IMG/VR virus record: IMGVR_UViG_3300042402_002579
Coordinates: 1,937 to 65,936 of that record
From: a virus
Lineage: Duplodnaviria > Caudoviricetes
DNA: 64,000 bases
Reading direction: 5' to 3' (one strand)
The translations under genes were made by a program, and so were the position numbers. The notes beneath the pieces are model-generated. The model had not been told where the DNA came from. It made no database searches and saw nothing but the letters and a program-made list of their open reading frames with translations. Shown here piece after piece: positions 17,789 through 28,074 of the stretch (positions are counted from its first letter, which is position 1; each line of letters starts with the position of its first letter).

Positions 17789-19031
17789 GTTTTGTCCGTT
17801 GCCTTTTATACATATTAGTTCTACAAATGACAGTAATTATAGAATTTGTTGTAGCACAGATGAGCAGGTTATCTTAAAAGACGACGGGACTCCGTATAAC
17901 ATTCAAAGAGATAGTGTTGTGGAGGTTTGGAATAGTGATTATTATAAAAAAATAAGATCAGATTTATTAAATGGAGTCGAAACTCCAGCTTGTGGGTTTT
18001 GTTGGCGGCAGGAAGCCAATGGTGTTTTTAGCAAAAGACAACAGTCAATAGAAGAATTAAAAAACTACTATACCAGAGGCGTTACTGAGCCTGTTCCAAC
18101 TATGCTCGATCTAAAAGTAGGAACACTGTGCAATTTAAAATGTATTACTTGTTTTCCCGGAGCGAGCAGTCAGCATCAGGCAGAGTCGGATAATTGGAAA
18201 AAACACGGAGAAGAAGTTCCAATGTTGATCAAACTTTTTGACGAAAGCATAAAAAAGTTTAATCTTGATGTTAGAAATTACAATCCTAAAACTGTTGATG
18301 TTGAAAGCTACATTCAAAATATAGACCCTAGTTTGAAAGCAGCAAAAGGCATAAGTCTTGTAGGGGGAGAACCTTTACTTAATCCGTTTGCAAAATCAAT
18401 AATTAAACATTGTGTAGAAAAAGGTTATGCAAAAAACACAATGATGACCATGATTACAAACTTGTCGACATTAGACAGCGAAATATTAGATAATCTATCA
18501 AAATATCAACATCCATCCCTTATGGTCAGCTATGATCACATCGATGCTGACAAATTTAAATTTATTAGATTCCCTGCAGATTACCTAGAATTTTATAACA
18601 ATTTTAGGACATTGTTAACGTATACCAATATCCATGTTAAGTTAAGCACAACAATTAGCATTTTTAATGTATTTGACCTGCCTGAAATACTAACACACTT
18701 TGAGCAGTTGAGCCAAGAATACAAAAAAAGATTTATAGTTAATGCACAGTTTGTTGTTGTTCCAGATTATTTTAGTATTAAATATCTTCCACAACAGCAT
18801 AAAGATACAATCTTAAAAAAAATAACTGCATTTGTAAAAGATAACGAAAATTTTAAATTGTTTAATGAAAATCCAGACATGTTGCAAGTGATTAACTCGA
18901 TAGGAAACTTTATGAATTCTAGTCTAGAAAATTACGATACAGTAGTTGCAGAACAACAACGTGTATTAGCCTTATACGACAGAACTAGAAATACTGATTT
19001 TGCCAGCTTGTTCCCGCAACTTGTTCAGTAA
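17775..19031 (+). CDS. radical SAM protein with N-terminal twitch-like domain
   Basis: FCPLPF...RICC...CGFC, then CNLKCITC, GGEP, ITN. Confidence 0.9.
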   Translation: MSTDKFCPLPFIHISSTNDSNYRICCSTDEQVILKDDGTPYNIQRDSVVEVWNSDYYKKIRSDLLNGVETPACGFCWRQEANGVFSKRQQSIEELKNYYTRGVTEPVPTMLDLKVGTLCNLKCITCFPGASSQHQAESDNWKKHGEEVPMLIKLFDESIKKFNLDVRNYNPKTVDVESYIQNIDPSLKAAKGISLVGGEPLLNPFAKSIIKHCVEKGYAKNTMMTMITNLSTLDSEILDNLSKYQHPSLMVSYDHIDADKFKFIRFPADYLEFYNNFRTLLTYTNIHVKLSTTISIFNVFDLPEILTHFEQLSQEYKKRFIVNAQFVVVPDYFSIKYLPQQHKDTILKKITAFVKDNENFKLFNENPDMLQVINSIGNFMNSSLENYDTVVAEQQRVLALYDRTRNTDFASLFPQLVQ

Positions 19032-20537
19032 ATTAGGCTGATACAGTTTTGTAATAAAGTTATAAACAGTTTCTGTTCTACTGCTGGAAGGCCACATTTT
19101 TTCTAGATAACTATAGTCCCAAATAACGCGGCGTATTGTCCAATAAGGTTGTATTTCTTTATTGTAGTAAAACATCAACTCGTTGGCAATATCTTTGTTA
19201 ACAATATCTCCTCCAACACGAGTCCAAGTTAGATCATCAGGAACTGTGTATCCATACTTTTCAAAATTAGATTCAATGTCAGATAAAAATAGATATTGGT
19301 CAACATCACTGTTTGCTCTCAGACTAAGTGGCCAAAATGTTAATAAGTCGATATACTTATAACCTTCATTCTTATACCACCGAAATGCATCTTCGAGGTC
19401 TTGTTTAGTATCTTTTGGCAATCCTATAACAATGCCAGCAGTTACATACAAGTCGTCGCCCCAACATTCTTTGCCAATGCGCATGCCTTCAATTTTTTTA
19501 GCAAGACTGCCGCCCTTCTTGATTGTCTTGGCTGTTTCTTCGCTCCAGGTTTCTAATCCGTAGTAACATTCAATAACACCTATATCTTTGATTAATTGTG
19601 CTTGTTCTGGATTTCTGCTAATTAAGTCCAATCGAAGGTAGGCCCAGAATTTAGGTTTAAACGGTAAAGTCTGTATTACTTCGTTAATTAACTCTAGTTT
19701 TTCAGTATAGTCGTTGAACGTGTCGTCTGTAATTAAGTATTTGTAGACGCCCCACTTGGTCCAGTTGTCCATAAGTTCTTTACGAATGACTTCTTTGTAC
19801 TTTACATATTCTTTTGTGCTTTGGTTACGATGTGGGTAACTACAGAAACTGCAATTAAAGATACAGCCTCGACTAAACTCAATTGTTAAGACTTCCTCGG
19901 AGTGAATACCGTCAATGTCTAAATATTCTGTAATTGCTTCATTGAATACAAAAGATCCGATCTGAGCCTTGGTATCGTAGTTAACAATTTTGTTGAATAG
20001 GCGTCTAGGGCCTTTACCACTTAAACTGTGGACGTAATCAATGACTTGATTTTCACTGTAACCTATAAACACATTATCTAGGCAGGGTTCAGTAATGTAT
20101 TCGTAGCTTTTGCCTCCGCCTGCAATTACTTTTACTTTAGGATTTTTTGATTTTATATAATCAACATAATCGGTTATGCCACTGCCACTAAACTGATATG
20201 CTAGACCTTCTCTATACCAGTCGTGTGCATCTTTATTAAAATCATCCCATATCTCAGGTTCTTTAAGAGTGCGTGTACCGACTGAATATCGGCTGTTTGG
20301 TCTGGCGTCATGTCTGTACGGAAACCAAGTGGTACTAAATCCAACAAACAATGTATCTTCACCAACTGCTGTATTGATAATTTCTTTATACACATCCATA
20401 GATAATGCACTGGTAAAATCAACTACTAATACAGTATACTCGTGTTTGCGTAATTCGCTTGCTAATCGATAGGCACCGTACCCTCGACTAAACCAATCTA
20501 CTCCTGGGGTGTCGGAAAATAACACTACGTTATACAT
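18972..20537 (-). CDS. B12-binding-type (class B-like) radical SAM protein
   Basis: GAYRLASELR..., GFST, GGG, EFSRGCIFNCSFC, DDTFND, GLET, IGLP. Confidence 0.85.
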   Translation of the reverse strand: MYNVVLFSDTPGVDWFSRGYGAYRLASELRKHEYTVLVVDFTSALSMDVYKEIINTAVGEDTLFVGFSTTWFPYRHDARPNSRYSVGTRTLKEPEIWDDFNKDAHDWYREGLAYQFSGSGITDYVDYIKSKNPKVKVIAGGGKSYEYITEPCLDNVFIGYSENQVIDYVHSLSGKGPRRLFNKIVNYDTKAQIGSFVFNEAITEYLDIDGIHSEEVLTIEFSRGCIFNCSFCSYPHRNQSTKEYVKYKEVIRKELMDNWTKWGVYKYLITDDTFNDYTEKLELINEVIQTLPFKPKFWAYLRLDLISRNPEQAQLIKDIGVIECYYGLETWSEETAKTIKKGGSLAKKIEGMRIGKECWGDDLYVTAGIVIGLPKDTKQDLEDAFRWYKNEGYKYIDLLTFWPLSLRANSDVDQYLFLSDIESNFEKYGYTVPDDLTWTRVGGDIVNKDIANELMFYYNKEIQPYWTIRRVIWDYSYLEKMWPSSSRTETVYNFITKLYQPNLLNKLREQAGKISISSSVV

Positions 20538-21600
20538 TTTCTATTTCCTTGACCACACACGGATCAAATATTCTTGCGCTAGAATTACTACAAAATAAAC
20601 CACACGCGGCAATTCTGCCATCTTTGTATGTTTTGTCCCAACCTTCTGACAGCTGGGTTAAGAACTCACTGGTTATCACATCGTTCCAATCTGTCTTTAA
20701 CAGATTAACTTTATCCTTGCCGTGCTCATTCCATAGTTTCATAAATTTATCTGGCAAGGGTTTAAACTTATACAAGTGTACACTAGTTGCTGTATAAACG
20801 CAAGGAAAGAAAAATCCTTCCGCCGAAACATAACACATTTTTTTCTGTTGTGCTTCGCAGGCAATAGGACTTCCTTCTGTTATAGTTAATGCTTCTTTAA
20901 TACGACTGACCCTATCTCTTTGAAATATTAAGGGATGAATGTACTGTTTTTGAGTTGGATGTTCTATTTTAATTCCGTTACTGCCCTGATTGGTAAGTTC
21001 GAACAAATCATCAACTAAAAACTTGTTACTGCGTTTAAAAATAAAATGTTCAAAGCCTAGACTTTTAGCCAATGCTTCTGCTTCTTCTACTTGATGTTCA
21101 TTATGTTTGAACACTATGTATTGCCAGTCAGCCCTACCGCCTGCATCTCGATAAGCTGTTACGTTAGCTATCACTTTATCCCATTTTACGTTAACACGGT
21201 AAATGTGATTGGTATCTGCTAGTCCATCAATAGCAAACTTGACTGTTCCGTTATGACCAAAAATTCCAGCAAGCTCTGTCCAAAATTTAGGACTTTTCAT
21301 ACCGCCATTTGTGCTAACTGTAATATATACGTGGGGTGCCTTACGTCTGATAATACGGCACACTTCTAAAAAGTTTGGTGCTGTACACGGATCGCCGACC
21401 ATTCCGCTAAAGTAGATATTCTTTAAATTATCATAAACTTGTTGAGGTATGCGATCTTCATAGAATTCATTTGGTAACCAAGTTTGAGGGAACCAGGAAT
21501 AATCTCCAGGAGTAAATTCTCTAGTACATTGCGGGCAGGCCGCATTACATATAGAGCTATGTTCGATATCAATCTCATCAATCAAGTTATAGAATGCCAT
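20530..21600 (-). CDS. radical SAM protein with SPASM/twitch domain
   Basis: CNAACPQC, GMVGDP, TNGG, FAIDG, FKHNEHQ, FPC. Confidence 0.9.
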   Translation of the reverse strand: MAFYNLIDEIDIEHSSICNAACPQCTREFTPGDYSWFPQTWLPNEFYEDRIPQQVYDNLKNIYFSGMVGDPCTAPNFLEVCRIIRRKAPHVYITVSTNGGMKSPKFWTELAGIFGHNGTVKFAIDGLADTNHIYRVNVKWDKVIANVTAYRDAGGRADWQYIVFKHNEHQVEEAEALAKSLGFEHFIFKRSNKFLVDDLFELTNQGSNGIKIEHPTQKQYIHPLIFQRDRVSRIKEALTITEGSPIACEAQQKKMCYVSAEGFFFPCVYTATSVHLYKFKPLPDKFMKLWNEHGKDKVNLLKTDWNDVITSEFLTQLSEGWDKTYKDGRIAACGLFCSNSSARIFDPCVVKEIENV

Positions 21601-21639
21601 AGAAATATTTAACTAAGTATTCAACGAGGAATAAATTTT

Positions 21640-22410
21640 ATGGGTACTCATTTGGTAAAGTTGTATCAAAATAAGATATACGGGTCAGGTTACACAGACC
21701 CAGAGTTCAGTCTTATTGGTGCCGATAGCAAAAATCATTTCGAAGAGCATCTCAAAACACAACCTGCTGATTGGGAATATCGCACTAAACGTGTACTATA
21801 TAATCGTAACAGTTTAGGACATCGTTGCAAAGATCTAAACACACTAAATGATGATTTTATATTATTCATTGGTTGCAGTTTAACAGAAGGCGTAGGTGTA
21901 GCATTGGAAGATACATTTACGTATAAACTAGCACAAGACCTAGCATTAGATTATTACAATCTAGGACTTGCAGGAAGTGGAGCAGACTTGTTATCCGAAA
22001 ATCTCAGTATGTGGTTTGCCAACATTAAAAAGATTCCTAAGCTAGTTGTGATACAATGGCCTGCACCTAACAGACACTATCAACGATTTGCTGACGGGTT
22101 GACTCCTGTAGGTGCCTGGATAGACGTTCGTAACGATGTAGTTAGTGATGAAGTAAAACAAGCAACAAAGTACGACTTTGTAAATGATGAAGTAATTAAG
22201 AATTTTGTTACCGCCTGTGATGCAGGATACTTTGAACATTTTTCTAAAGTACTGCGCACAACTACTTTGAACTTCTTAGACTGCTTGGGGGTAAAATATA
22301 TCGAATTTACTGACGAAGACATTCCTAAACTAGATGTTGGACGAGACTTAATACATCCAGGAATTAAAAGTAATGCCGAACTAGTATCAGTTATTAGGTC
22401 TATAATTTAA
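21640..22410 (+). CDS. SGNH/GDSL-like protein
   Basis: NSLGHR...FIGCSLTEG, NLGLAGSG, QWP...R, RDLIHPG. Confidence 0.65.
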   Translation: MGTHLVKLYQNKIYGSGYTDPEFSLIGADSKNHFEEHLKTQPADWEYRTKRVLYNRNSLGHRCKDLNTLNDDFILFIGCSLTEGVGVALEDTFTYKLAQDLALDYYNLGLAGSGADLLSENLSMWFANIKKIPKLVVIQWPAPNRHYQRFADGLTPVGAWIDVRNDVVSDEVKQATKYDFVNDEVIKNFVTACDAGYFEHFSKVLRTTTLNFLDCLGVKYIEFTDEDIPKLDVGRDLIHPGIKSNAELVSVIRSII

Positions 22411-23886
22411 TTTTTTTTCAAAGTAGTTTCTAAAATATTCATCTCTGTTAGTATTTGCTTCAGGAGTATAATTATTTACAGCTGATATGTCCAATAGTTG
22501 TTCTATTGGTAATTTAAAATCTCTATGTAAATTTCCAAAGTTCCACATAATTTCTTTAAATTTGTGATAGTGATTTTGGTAGATATCTCCTACATGATCA
22601 TACGCATCGAAAATATCCATATGTTCATTCTTCCACTTAAGAGGAGGCATGTCGGCGTGTAACGATTGACGCCTTAATTCTTCGGGTAGTTCAACTTCTC
22701 TATCAGTTATAGTATATCCTCGAGTATGCCAGTCTTTAGATAGTGTAGATAAGTTTTCAGTCTCACCACTTGGTATGGTTAACGGATAGTATATGAGACT
22801 CTCTCCGGTCCAGTTGTTTAGTAACCACTGTTTTGTGTTTTCTAATGTTGCTAAAGTTTCGTGTGGTAATCCTGCAATAAATGATGCGCTGGCTCTAAAC
22901 GGTCCGTGTGCTTTGAAATACTCTTTGGCTTTTAAAATTCCAGCAAGTAGTTTTTTAGTTTCCATACCCTTACCGATGCTTTTAGCACTGGCATGATTTA
23001 GACTCTCAAGGCCGTAATGATGTCCAAAAACTCTCATACGTGCAATGTGTTCCCAGTCTTGAGGTCTACTTACCATTAAGTCTGCCCTAATAAAAGCTGC
23101 AAACCACGGTGTAAATTCTAATTGGTCAACGACATCTGCAAACTTAATAATTTTTTCAGTTCTGTCGTTAAATGTTTCATCTGCCAAATAGTAATTTTTA
23201 ATTCCCCATTTGTCATAGTTACGCTTCATGTCTATTTCAAAATCTAAAGCATCGCGAGTGTAATCGCCTTTGACTCCTAAAATAGGAAAGTTACAAAAAT
23301 CGCATTTAAATTTGCAACCCCTTCCGATTTCAATTGTTAGCATTTCATATTCGCTAATAAAATCTCGGTCTTCATAACTTTGTGTAAGACTCTTCATTGG
23401 AAACGCAGGGTATGTTGTGTTAGACTTAATAAGTCGTTTGCCACTTCTTGCTTGTTCATCTAAATCTGTTCTAGGACGTGAGCCATTACCAGTTATGTAT
23501 TTGGCAAGTTCTGTCATAGCGTTATCACCAAAACTGTCAATGTACCAATCAATGTATCGTTTATCTACATTAGTACGTAGTACCTCTTGACTACCTAAAA
23601 CTATTGTTATATTAGGCCACTGTTCTTTAAGCCATTTAGTTAAATTGTCAACTTCTGGTTTCCAAGCATTAGCAAAACAACTAAATCCAAAAAATTCAGT
23701 GTCGTTAGTTACCCGAGATTTAATTAATTCTTGTAGTTCTTCGTATTTCCAAAATAGTGTAAAATCCACAACTTCGCAGTCCCATCCTTGTTCTCTTAGA
23801 ACCTGTGCAATACGATGGGCACCAGTTCCTCTAAAATTATTAGAATCGTTAATAGAAAAAATTAACCCATGAAATTTTTTGGACAT
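22387..23886 (-). CDS. B12-binding-type (class B-like) radical SAM protein
   Basis: GAHRIA..LR, GFS, EIGRGCKFKCDFC, DETFND, GLES, AGLP; start probably MSKKF. Confidence 0.85.
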   Translation of the reverse strand: MSKKFHGLIFSINDSNNFRGTGAHRIAQVLREQGWDCEVVDFTLFWKYEELQELIKSRVTNDTEFFGFSCFANAWKPEVDNLTKWLKEQWPNITIVLGSQEVLRTNVDKRYIDWYIDSFGDNAMTELAKYITGNGSRPRTDLDEQARSGKRLIKSNTTYPAFPMKSLTQSYEDRDFISEYEMLTIEIGRGCKFKCDFCNFPILGVKGDYTRDALDFEIDMKRNYDKWGIKNYYLADETFNDRTEKIIKFADVVDQLEFTPWFAAFIRADLMVSRPQDWEHIARMRVFGHHYGLESLNHASAKSIGKGMETKKLLAGILKAKEYFKAHGPFRASASFIAGLPHETLATLENTKQWLLNNWTGESLIYYPLTIPSGETENLSTLSKDWHTRGYTITDREVELPEELRRQSLHADMPPLKWKNEHMDIFDAYDHVGDIYQNHYHKFKEIMWNFGNLHRDFKLPIEQLLDISAVNNYTPEANTNRDEYFRNYFEKKLNYRPNN

Positions 23887-23924
23887 ATAGTAATTATGTA
23901 AATATTCCACTAGGGAGATAGTTT

Positions 23925-24518
23925 ATGAAGTGTGTTATAACAGGTCACACAACTGGTCTGGGCAAAGCCATCTACAATGCGTTCAAAGATGCCGAGTGGG
24001 AAGTAATTGGAGTAAGTCGCCAAACCGGGTATGATTTAACCACTGACATCGACCGCGTAGCTGAACTAGTTAACAGTGCTGATTTGTTTATCAACAATGC
24101 TAACATTGGTCGTGCCCAGATTAATTTATTAAATGCTGTTAATAAAAATGTCAAACAGATTGTGTTAGGTAGTGTAGCAGGTGAGTTTAATCAGCAACTT
24201 CGATCAGATTATAGTCAACATAAAGCAGATTTAGCACAACGATGCCGTGAAATAAGTTTACTACCTGACACTAAAATTCTTCACATACAAATTTCAATGT
24301 TAGAAGATGCGGTTAATGGAGATGTGTTAATCAAGTACCAAGAAGTATTAGATGTTATAGACTTCTGGATGGCCAATCCAAGATTTACAAATATTGCTTT
24401 TGAGTTTAAACTAACACCGTTTACTTTAGAAAGAGCCAAGGTAGCATTTAACATATCCCCCGAAAACTTAGATCACATTGTGGCAAGAATGTGCGATGAA
24501 ACAAAGTCAGGACTATGA
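23925..24518 (+). CDS. short-chain dehydrogenase/reductase-like protein
   Basis: VITGHTTGLG, FINNA, GS, YSQHK; AGGGAG SD. Confidence 0.75.
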   Translation: MKCVITGHTTGLGKAIYNAFKDAEWEVIGVSRQTGYDLTTDIDRVAELVNSADLFINNANIGRAQINLLNAVNKNVKQIVLGSVAGEFNQQLRSDYSQHKADLAQRCREISLLPDTKILHIQISMLEDAVNGDVLIKYQEVLDVIDFWMANPRFTNIAFEFKLTPFTLERAKVAFNISPENLDHIVARMCDETKSGL

Positions 24519-25132
24519 GATATAACTTAGCAAACACACACATTAAAATTTACTACGAGTCTTGCCCGGAGTTTGAAGAAGTACGCAACGAAGTACTCGC
24601 TGAGGGAAATTGGCTAGGTGAAAATTACACTAAAGAAAAACTGGTTATAGAAAAGCATAAAGGGTTTGGCGTAGTCTATCAAACAAGCACAGGCAAGCCT
24701 ATGGTAATGGGTGGAGTGTACCACGATGAGCGATATCCTGCCAACATAGCAAATATTGTACATAGAGGATTTACGTTTCCAGAATTTAGAATGACTGCTC
24801 GAGATATGACAGACGGATTTAGAGTTACCTACAGTTTAATAAAAGCACTAGAAGTAGTAAATACCTTTGACGGCTATATTCTTACAATGCAGAACAGAGA
24901 TAAGAAAGCTAGTAAAGGTTGGTGGGATAAAGTATTTGTTAAACACATGCTGATCGCAAGTGAAGGCAATTATGTTAACGGAAGCGGGTATATACAGACC
25001 GCACCGTGGAATGTACAAAAGTGTTGGCAAAACTTTGTTTATCATGAAAAAGTTCCAGGAGTCATCACTGAACAATGGAACCCGAAGTTAATTACACACA
25101 AGGAATGGCTTGAACTAGAGCCTGGGTTATGA
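24515..25132 (+). CDS. hypothetical protein, possibly GNAT-like fold
   Basis: 205-aa ORF coupled between the SDR and desaturase genes; fold assignment is tentative. Confidence 0.5.
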   Translation: MRYNLANTHIKIYYESCPEFEEVRNEVLAEGNWLGENYTKEKLVIEKHKGFGVVYQTSTGKPMVMGGVYHDERYPANIANIVHRGFTFPEFRMTARDMTDGFRVTYSLIKALEVVNTFDGYILTMQNRDKKASKGWWDKVFVKHMLIASEGNYVNGSGYIQTAPWNVQKCWQNFVYHEKVPGVITEQWNPKLITHKEWLELEPGL

Positions 25133-25905
25133 ACTTAAATTTAAAAATTAGACTTGCACAAATTGTTGGACACATTGCCAGTATTGCGGCAGTGTGGTAT
25201 GTTATACAAACAGGGGAATATCATCTATTACTGATCACGCTAGCAGTATGGTTTTTTATTGGGCCAGTAAGTCAGGTACTAACATTACATAGATTGCTAA
25301 GTCATCGTAGTTTTAAAGTAAGTAAATGGATGGAAAGTTTACTTTCACTTATTAGTGTTATATCAACTGTGGGTCCTACTATGTCTTGGGTCAGCACACA
25401 TAGGATACATCACGCTAAGACAGACACTGACGAAGATCCGCATAGTCCAAATATTAACAGAAAGTTTTCTGTACTAAGAGGATTTCAAGTATGGATTGGC
25501 TACGGTTGGAAAATGCACAAATTAACTCCGTTTCTTGTTAAAGATCTAATACGTCATCCTATACATAAGTTTATCTTTGATAATTATTTCAAAATTATCT
25601 TTGCTTACTTGCTATTGCTATTGGCGATGGATCCGATCCTAGTATTGTTTGCCTATGCACTTCCTATGAGTGGCACAGTTTTACTAGTTGGCACAGTTAA
25701 TGTCTTAGGTCATGTACACGGATATAGGACTCACGAAACACGTGACCTTAGTACCAACAGTTGGCTTGCTAACATCTTTAGTATGGGTGATGGATGGCAT
25801 AACAATCATCATGCTAGCCCACAAAACTATCGAGCAGGTGAACAGTGGTGGGAATGGGATCTAATGGCTAGGATTATTAACTTGATCCGGATTGATCTTC
25901 GTTAA
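25129..25905 (+). CDS. membrane fatty-acid (delta-9-like) desaturase
   Basis: His boxes HRLLSH, HRIHH, HNNHH; DPHSP; hydrophobic segments. Confidence 0.92.
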   Translation: MNLNLKIRLAQIVGHIASIAAVWYVIQTGEYHLLLITLAVWFFIGPVSQVLTLHRLLSHRSFKVSKWMESLLSLISVISTVGPTMSWVSTHRIHHAKTDTDEDPHSPNINRKFSVLRGFQVWIGYGWKMHKLTPFLVKDLIRHPIHKFIFDNYFKIIFAYLLLLLAMDPILVLFAYALPMSGTVLLVGTVNVLGHVHGYRTHETRDLSTNSWLANIFSMGDGWHNNHHASPQNYRAGEQWWEWDLMARIINLIRIDLR

Positions 25906-26778
25906 CGGAATGTCTGCTGCACAAGTACACCAATCTCTAGTACACTCAATAGACTGCTGCGGTACTGAAAAAGTATCTTGATAGATATTGCCAAGACTAC
26001 CACCGACTCTGCAAGTGGCTCTGTGTACATCTCCGTCCCAGTTGATCATTAGACTTTCTATACCTGCGTTACACTGCCAACCTTTAAATTGATTTAGGTG
26101 TTGTTTAATTACATCGTTGGCATGAATAATTTGTTCGTCGTCTATACGACAATTTGGTGTAACTGTGGCATCTTTGTTTAGAATCCATTCTAAATCTCTA
26201 CCTTCATACTTTAAATCGTCAAATACATTATGGTCGCCTTCGGTCCAACGTATTCTACGAATTGCATATTTGATGCCAAGCTCGTCAAACTTTTTAACAA
26301 CTGTTTTTACGTTATGCATATGTTTGTGATGTGCCATAACATTCACAAAGAAATCTCGATCAGTCTCATCGTAAAATTTCATAATGGTATCAAATATTCT
26401 AGTCCACTCTTGTTCAAAGTGTAGACTAAAAACAAGATGATTAAAAAACATTTCATTTTGTAAATACCATCTATATCCTCTAGTTCCGTTAGTTGTTAGA
26501 TTAACCCAGAATATATCTTTGCGTTTAAAATATTCTAATAGAGATTCTATATCTGGATGTATACAAGGTTCGCCTCCTGTAAGACTGATACGTAAAGGCT
26601 TGCCTATTTCGCAGAGACGATCCACTGCTCTTTCTAGAATGTTTATATCGGTATGAGGACTAAAATTATCGTGTATAGCACTAGGGCAATAGGTACAGTC
26701 GTAATTACATCGTTTACCCAAGTTCCATTCTATTTTAAGTTGATCTTGATGCGGCCAAACGCTGGTTACTTTATACAT
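25861..26778 (-). CDS. radical SAM protein with twitch domain
   Basis: CNYDCTYC, GGEP, TNG, WQCNAG...C...C.CAAD. Confidence 0.9.
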   Translation of the reverse strand: MYKVTSVWPHQDQLKIEWNLGKRCNYDCTYCPSAIHDNFSPHTDINILERAVDRLCEIGKPLRISLTGGEPCIHPDIESLLEYFKRKDIFWVNLTTNGTRGYRWYLQNEMFFNHLVFSLHFEQEWTRIFDTIMKFYDETDRDFFVNVMAHHKHMHNVKTVVKKFDELGIKYAIRRIRWTEGDHNVFDDLKYEGRDLEWILNKDATVTPNCRIDDEQIIHANDVIKQHLNQFKGWQCNAGIESLMINWDGDVHRATCRVGGSLGNIYQDTFSVPQQSIECTRDWCTCAADIPLTKINPDQVNNPSH

Positions 26779-28036
26779 ATTTTTTAAATTCCGGAGTTAC
26801 TGCTGTAAAACTCTGTGTTCTAGTTGAATCTAGTCTTCTATTGAACTCAACACAATCTTCCCAACGATGGCTTTGATCTCTAGCGGTAAGATAGTTTATG
26901 TTATCTTGTATTTGATCCAGTGTATATTTTAACAACTGAGGATATTGCTTTACCAGTTTAAAATTTGGAACTTGAGATTTTATATTTTCTAATCTTTCTA
27001 GAGCAAGATCTAACAAAGGTCTAGGCAACACTTGAGCAGACAATTCTCGAGGAAATTCAACTCTATGAGAATGGAACACGATACCTAAGTCATTTAAAAA
27101 ATATTCAATAATTTTATCTAATACTAACACATTGCTAACCTGCACAGTGACAGCTCCAACAATTCGACTGATATTAGGTATAGACTGTATCTGTTTAATG
27201 TTGTTTATCAGTTCGAGCCAACTAGCATTACCGCGAATATATTCGTAACTGCTGTCAATGCCATCAATACTTACATTAACAGCAACACTTTTAAACTTAG
27301 GCCAATACTCCCAAACTGTACGATTGCTCTTTCCTAACATACTCAAGTTGGTTGCATATTTAATTTCTATATTAGAACCATAGGGAGCAAGCATATCTAA
27401 TATGCGATAATGCTGCGGGTCCATCAATGGCTCACCGCCAGCAAATTCTACACGACGAAAGTAAGGTAACAATTTTTCTAAACTGGACCACCACTCAGGA
27501 TTATCTTGAAACTTATCAAGAAAAGGTTTATTCTTTAAATTATTTTCTTCAACTAAATGAAATATAATGTTGTTGTCTTTTTTATAAAATTCTTCCACTT
27601 GATCCCAATCGTTCCAACTGGTGCTGTCTCCGGGATGACACATACGACATTTTAAGTTACAGAGATTATTAAGTTTGAGTTCGATTGTGGGAATTTCAAA
27701 AGGCATAGAATAGTCTTCTTGTAGTTTATTCAATGCGTCGGGGTATAGATTTATTCTTGCTTCTGGAATTCTGGCTTCAACGTGTCGCTGTCGTAGACTG
27801 ACCACTCCTTGATCTTCGAGATTAAAACAAGGTTCACACTCTGCAGGTCTTTCGTCATTTAATACCTGCTTACGAATACGCTTCATCGTGTCGTTATTCC
27901 AAATTTCTTCTAGAGATTCTTTATCAACAAAGCCAACTGGATGACTACGACAACAGGCCTTAATGGCACCATCTTCTCTGGTAGCTAACCCTGTAAAAGG
28001 GTGCATACAAAATGTTTTACTTTTTTTAAGGACCAT
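26771..28036 (-). CDS. radical SAM protein with N-terminal twitch-like domain
   Basis: FCMHPF...ACC...CEPC, CNLKCRMC, GGEP, SIDG. Confidence 0.9.
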   Translation of the reverse strand: MVLKKSKTFCMHPFTGLATREDGAIKACCRSHPVGFVDKESLEEIWNNDTMKRIRKQVLNDERPAECEPCFNLEDQGVVSLRQRHVEARIPEARINLYPDALNKLQEDYSMPFEIPTIELKLNNLCNLKCRMCHPGDSTSWNDWDQVEEFYKKDNNIIFHLVEENNLKNKPFLDKFQDNPEWWSSLEKLLPYFRRVEFAGGEPLMDPQHYRILDMLAPYGSNIEIKYATNLSMLGKSNRTVWEYWPKFKSVAVNVSIDGIDSSYEYIRGNASWLELINNIKQIQSIPNISRIVGAVTVQVSNVLVLDKIIEYFLNDLGIVFHSHRVEFPRELSAQVLPRPLLDLALERLENIKSQVPNFKLVKQYPQLLKYTLDQIQDNINYLTARDQSHRWEDCVEFNRRLDSTRTQSFTAVTPEFKKYV

Positions 28037-28040
28037 GAAA

Positions 28041-28070
28041 TATTTAACCTATAAAGTGTACATATAAATA
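28041..28070. promoter_or_regulatory. divergent pair of T4-late-like promoters
   Basis: TAAATA on the minus strand (28041-28046) and TATAAATA on the plus strand (28063-28070), each 4 nt from an ATG. Confidence 0.65.
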
Positions 28071-28074
28071 TTTC

